A program made the position numbers and the translations under genes. From positions 64,001 to 128,000 of the IMG/VR virus record IMGVR_UViG_3300022671_000005: a stretch of DNA of 64,000 nt; one strand, 5' to 3'. The notes under the pieces are model-generated. The model was not told the DNA's origin and ran no database searches. It saw only the letters and a list, made by a program, of their open reading frames with translations. The DNA is from a virus (taxonomy: Duplodnaviria; Caudoviricetes). Shown here piece after piece: positions 59,733 through 64,000 of the stretch (its first letter is position 1; the number at the start of each line of letters is the position of its first letter).

Positions 59733-60287
59733 TTATGGTAAACCTTCAGTAAACACTGAAATATTGTATTCATACAGTGCAACTGCTGGTAGGAAGTCAA
59801 AATTGAAATCAGGTGTGTATTGATAAGTATCTGGCGGGTAAGAGAATGAGAAGTCTGGAGTATATTGATAAGTAAACGGTGTTTCGTCAAACACTACTGG
59901 AGTATACTGTGCACAATTAGGAGTTACATTGAAAACTATAGGTTCACTGTATTGTGCAGTATTAGGTGTATTGGAAAAAGAGATTGGACTATATTGATTA
60001 GTGTCAGGTAAGTTACTAACATTAACCGGAGAGTATCTCCAGACTTGATACCCATTACTCCAGCCAACAAATGGCACATATCTCCAAACATCTGTGACAA
60101 CAGAACCAAGAAGTAAAGATTCTATTTGATCCATTTTGTCAGCTTCTATGGTGTTAAAGTTGCCAACCTCAGACTCCCTTAAGGGACCCCATATAAAATC
60201 ATTGGCTTGGTTTTTCATGAGTAAATTCCATTGGATTGGTTGTAAATTATTACCTATACAATAGGAGTTTTTATTATATATGACCAT
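59733..60287 (-). CDS. Tyr/Pro repeat protein (about eight 14-15-aa repeats); start may be the ATG at 60218
   Basis: VWRYVP, VWRYSP, TNQYSP, TAQYSEP, CAQYTP, TYQYTP, TYQYTP and VALYEY at 14-15-aa spacing. Confidence 0.7.
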   Translation of the reverse strand: MVIYNKNSYCIGNNLQPIQWNLLMKNQANDFIWGPLRESEVGNFNTIEADKMDQIESLLLGSVVTDVWRYVPFVGWSNGYQVWRYSPVNVSNLPDTNQYSPISFSNTPNTAQYSEPIVFNVTPNCAQYTPVVFDETPFTYQYTPDFSFSYPPDTYQYTPDFNFDFLPAVALYEYNISVFTEGLP

Positions 60288-60300
60288 TGTGGTGAAACAA

Positions 60301-60332
60301 GTAACGTCATGGGTTTTTACCCATGACGTTAC
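60301..60332 (-). terminator. 14-bp-stem hairpin
   Basis: GTAACGTCATGGGT-tttt-ACCCATGACGTTAC. Confidence 0.75.
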
Positions 60333-60340
60333 ATATTAAT

Positions 60341-63300
60341 CTATATATCTAATATTCTACCAAAACCGTTACCATAGGTAATAGTTTCCGGTGTACTCAA
60401 TGCAGGATTGTAGTCTAACGTATTTGTAGTTAGAGTTAACGTGCCTGTCTTAAGTACTTTACCATCATTTCTAGAATAGATCGCAGTTGCACAATTTGCT
60501 ATAGATCCACCTACTGTTTCAACAATACCTTTGTCAACATCTATACCTCTAAACCCACCTCCTCCTGTAGCATCCATATCAGGAGTTAGTTTACAGTAAG
60601 TTGTCGACCCTTGGACATAAACACCAGTATTAAAAGCCACTATAGATCCACTGTGTACCATTTGAGAACCTTCGTACATGGATATACCAATATACATATT
60701 CTCAATATCAACATTTGAAGTGTATACATTAGCACCTCTATATAGGTAAATACCAGAGGAGGTTCCTCCATAGGTACCTCTATCGATTGTGAAACCGCTG
60801 ATCTCTCTAACGTGATTACCACCTCTAATTTCTAATACATTGGTAGTTGTGTTAGTGATAATTGTGGTAGCTTTACCAGCACCAATGATGCTAAGAAAAT
60901 CACCATCAGGGTGGTAGATTAATTGTGGTGCTGTAAAGTTATACGTTCCTGAGTTAAGATTGATAGTGCAACCAACCTCTGGATCTATCCTATAACCTGC
61001 CAAGTGTGTTATGGCTTTTTGTATAGTTGCCCATGGGGAACCGGAACTACCATCACCAGTAGTATCACTACCTGTTGGTGAGATATAGTAATCTGCATTG
61101 GCAATTTCTGGAATAAGTGTTATATCCACATCACCTGCAAGTTCCTGGTCTATTTCAAGACATGTGTAAATTGAAGATCCCAAGAAAGTCTGAGACACAG
61201 AAGATTCACACGATATCTTAACAACCTGACCTTGAGAAACTTCAAGGGTTTTTATTACCTCAATAGATGAATAGGCTGGCATACTGTACTTAACGCTAGA
61301 AGCAATAATGGTATCATCTACTTCAACGTTTAAAAATACATTAGCTGTAACATTAGATCTAACTCTAGCAAACACCCTTATGGTCATGTTTTTAGGAGCA
61401 GTCCACTCTCCAGTAGAGTTGTTATATGAAGTGAGGTTGTCGTAATCGACCACGTCAAATATAATATCCGTAGGAGAAGTAGACACAGAATGATCTGTAG
61501 TGCGATGAGCGCTCAACACAGCTGTATTCCTTGTGAAGTTACCTTGTGATTCCAAGTCACCAATACGAGTGATACGTAACAGCACTTGATCAGAACCCGT
61601 ACCTTCACCATTTACACTCCTGGAGTGCATTCTTATTACATCACCAATGTACAACTTAGCAACAGTACTACCAGATTCCATTGCTGTTGAACCGGTTTGT
61701 AAATGTATCAATCTATCTACTGCAGGAACTGAAGTTATATCTACAGTTGGATCTGCATTTCTTGTGACACCAATGTGGTTAGCAGTGTCAATAGCATCAA
61801 CCATATCAATCGCATAAAGACCATCTTTCTCGATTGTTAAAGTTGCACCATCAGTAGCAGAATCATTATAGGTTACATCTGAACCTATCTGTTGTAATAG
61901 AGTAGTAAATCTTCGTATGGCAGTGTAAGTTGATCCATAACCATTAGATCCTAATACCGCTATAGAAGAATCAACACCATTTATCACTACACTTGCAGTT
62001 ATATCCTTCCAATAACCTAGATCAACACCCGGTTCTTTAGGGTCGTTAAAATCATTAGTTAACAAGCATAGCCAGATTTTACCACTATAAGAAACTAAAG
62101 ATTCATCAGCAGTATAATCTCCATTAGCACTACTCCATTCACCAAGTTTTCCTATAGGTGAAGTAGAAGAGGCCAATAGTGCTTCAATAGCTTCTTGCGT
62201 CAATAAGCTACTATTATCACCAGGTGTATGAGAACTATTTATTTTTCTGGTTTTTCTATATCCTAAACTAGCAGGGTTTTCACCCTCTCCAGTTTTACCA
62301 CCTCCGGAACCTCCAGTTGCATTCCATAAACTACCAGTTGATGTTCCGCCAGAAATTGATATTGTTCCACCGTATCCAGGATCAGTTGGAGTCTGAACAA
62401 ATATTGTTCCACCAGCACCAGCAGAAATTGAACCTCCAGAACCAACGGCAGAGAATGCTCCGGTAAAACCACTGTGGTCTTCGACAAAGCATCTGATAAC
62501 ACCACCACTAGGGTTGTGAATACCATTCCAATAGTTATCACCACTATTGGTATCTACTCGTACTGACCCAGTTGCAAAAGGTAGTATTTCATTGTAATCA
62601 TCTACAGTGTGATCTACACCATTATACTCAAACACGTCAGCCGAAGCCATTTCATTTACAGATGGTGATAATGATGATCCATTAGTTCCACCTTTGGTTA
62701 AATTACTTCCAGCGGCCCATGAAATGTTTATATTGTTACCACTACGAATAAGTATTTCGGACCTAAGTGGTTCATGAACTAATGGAACTTCTGGACTAGT
62801 ATCTACACCATAAGCACCTAAACCACTCTCAGCGAATATCAACCAATCACCATGCCATGTTGGAGTTCTTCTCCAACCACCTCTAAATCCTCTAGAATTG
62901 GCTTTGATGTTATTTGAACCAACCAGAGATTTGGCTCTAAAAGCTAATATTCCACCAGACCTACCATCCCAACCTTTACAATCTAAATCCGCTGTAAGTG
63001 TCAATATATTGTAATTTGGAACAGTAACTACTTGCGTAACAGTATTATCTTCTTTACCATCTACTGGTATACCACTATCAGACAAATATGAGTTTCGCAA
63101 TCCGGCTTCAAGAGTAATATTGTTTCCATCGATGGAAGCGATTCTGACAAACTCGTACTTAAACAAGCTTTCTCTATCTCGACTACACTGAGTCTGATGA
63201 AGCATTATCTCTCTTCCAACAACCATTTCTGACGTTACAGTATCTACAGTTATTACAGATGAACCTAGACCTGCATCCAATACAAGGTGAGTGTATTCAT

Positions 63301-63535
63301 TTATTATACCTGAGACACTTTGATCACCATCAAATTCATCACCAAATTCTTCTGGTATAACTGCATATGATTCAAGTATCTTAGCATCATCCGTAGAGTT
63401 AACAACTGGTAAAGTACCAGTATCTAACTTATCTTTAACAGTTGTAGTTTCTACATACAGCAAATCATTTGCAGATAGCGAATTATCTTTTTGTATATCT
63501 AATTCAATCGATTTGTCTTTTATCTTTCTAGCCAT
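60341..63535 (-). CDS. Large mosaic tail-fibre/adhesin (Gly-rich domain, CBM-like module, C1q-like domains, C-terminal beta-helix)
   Basis: 1064 aa. Motifs QVVTVPNY...WDG..GGILAFR, LVSYSGKIW.C...EPG...YW, FDVVDYD...Y..STGEWTAP, YISPTGSD..GDGS...PWATIQKA. Confidence 0.78.
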   Translation of the reverse strand: MARKIKDKSIELDIQKDNSLSANDLLYVETTTVKDKLDTGTLPVVNSTDDAKILESYAVIPEEFGDEFDGDQSVSGIINEYTHLVLDAGLGSSVITVDTVTSEMVVGREIMLHQTQCSRDRESLFKYEFVRIASIDGNNITLEAGLRNSYLSDSGIPVDGKEDNTVTQVVTVPNYNILTLTADLDCKGWDGRSGGILAFRAKSLVGSNNIKANSRGFRGGWRRTPTWHGDWLIFAESGLGAYGVDTSPEVPLVHEPLRSEILIRSGNNINISWAAGSNLTKGGTNGSSLSPSVNEMASADVFEYNGVDHTVDDYNEILPFATGSVRVDTNSGDNYWNGIHNPSGGVIRCFVEDHSGFTGAFSAVGSGGSISAGAGGTIFVQTPTDPGYGGTISISGGTSTGSLWNATGGSGGGKTGEGENPASLGYRKTRKINSSHTPGDNSSLLTQEAIEALLASSTSPIGKLGEWSSANGDYTADESLVSYSGKIWLCLLTNDFNDPKEPGVDLGYWKDITASVVINGVDSSIAVLGSNGYGSTYTAIRRFTTLLQQIGSDVTYNDSATDGATLTIEKDGLYAIDMVDAIDTANHIGVTRNADPTVDITSVPAVDRLIHLQTGSTAMESGSTVAKLYIGDVIRMHSRSVNGEGTGSDQVLLRITRIGDLESQGNFTRNTAVLSAHRTTDHSVSTSPTDIIFDVVDYDNLTSYNNSTGEWTAPKNMTIRVFARVRSNVTANVFLNVEVDDTIIASSVKYSMPAYSSIEVIKTLEVSQGQVVKISCESSVSQTFLGSSIYTCLEIDQELAGDVDITLIPEIANADYYISPTGSDTTGDGSSGSPWATIQKAITHLAGYRIDPEVGCTINLNSGTYNFTAPQLIYHPDGDFLSIIGAGKATTIITNTTTNVLEIRGGNHVREISGFTIDRGTYGGTSSGIYLYRGANVYTSNVDIENMYIGISMYEGSQMVHSGSIVAFNTGVYVQGSTTYCKLTPDMDATGGGGFRGIDVDKGIVETVGGSIANCATAIYSRNDGKVLKTGTLTLTTNTLDYNPALSTPETITYGNGFGRILDI

Positions 63536-63999
63536 TATGCACCTCTAACATATGAAACTAATAATATATCACCCTGAACAATACTGCTATTTTCAAGATC
63601 AGTACCATCAGCATTATTGTTTATATGTATCTCATTAGTATTAAACAATCTGAAGTCTATTCCATGTGGAGCAGAATTAGCATATTCACCTCCAAGTAAG
63701 GCAACACCATTAAGCTCCTCAACTCTTATACTTTCTCCACCATCTATAGGCGTTGCAGCTAGAGTGAAATATCCATTTGTAACATTTGATGCTGTTATCT
63801 CATGAACCTCATAGGTCATATAACCGGCAACTCTAGCACGTTCATTAGTAGTGATTATTTCTCCACTACCAGTAGAAGTTATATTTCCGAGTTTAGTTTG
63901 TTCAGCATCTGTAAATGCATTAGTGTTAGCATTTGATTCATATTTGGTTTTAATAGATGCTGCAGTTTCACCACCTACAGAAACCTTACGCCAAAAACC
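63535..63999 (-). CDS. Tail-fibre-like protein, C-terminal part (5'-truncated by the window end)
   Basis: The frame stays open to the window edge (GFWRKVSVGGETAASIKTKYESNANTNAFTDAEQTKL...MTYEVHE...). The 94-aa track ORF is only its tail. Confidence 0.75.
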   Translation of the reverse strand, partial: GFWRKVSVGGETAASIKTKYESNANTNAFTDAEQTKLGNITSTGSGEIITTNERARVAGYMTYEVHEITASNVTNGYFTLAATPIDGGESIRVEELNGVALLGGEYANSAPHGIDFRLFNTNEIHINNNADGTDLENSSIVQGDILLVSYVRGA

Positions 64000-64000
64000 A

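Noticed and set aside
732-60332. Palindromes as CRISPR repeats, REP elements or MITEs
   Set aside because: They are dispersed singletons with different arm sequences and no spacers, target duplications, cas genes or transposase.
56934-63999. Diversity-generating retroelement or shufflon in the fibre region
   Set aside because: No reverse transcriptase, invertase, or near-identical repeat pair differing at adenines was seen in this window.
1-64000. Genome-wide stop-codon reassignment
   Set aside because: Long genes are intact in the standard code, and TAA, TAG and TGA all end genes sensibly.

Overview
This 64-kb AT-rich window reads as part of a phiKZ-like jumbo myophage genome; no host genes are evident. 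It carries the core virion and replication genes: probable portal C-terminus, tail tube and sheath, baseplate-type proteins, prohead protease, terminase large subunit, head proteins with S/A/G-x-E propeptides, major capsid protein, DnaB-like helicase, SbcC/Rad50-like ATPase, RuvC and a family-B DNA polymerase subunit. It also has two fibre/adhesin regions (29-40 kb and 55-64 kb) and small-gene clusters behind five copies of a TATATATTAC-N5-TGAA promoter motif. Highlights seen in the sequence: (1) a 335-nt group I intron (53232-53566) splitting polymerase motif A, with clear P1/P10 pairings, a covaried P7 and no room for P9; (2) a ClpP-like protease next to a catalytically degenerate ClpP paralog, between the prohead protease and terminase genes; (3) a sulfotransferase inside an array of four paralogous fibre-like genes, next to a Tyr-repeat protein; (4) about 20 long intergenic palindromes, nine with no loop and five centred on CCTAGG. 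Family names come from motif recognition and recalled phiKZ gene order, not from database searches. No tRNA, rRNA, CRISPR array or nuclear-shell gene was recognised.
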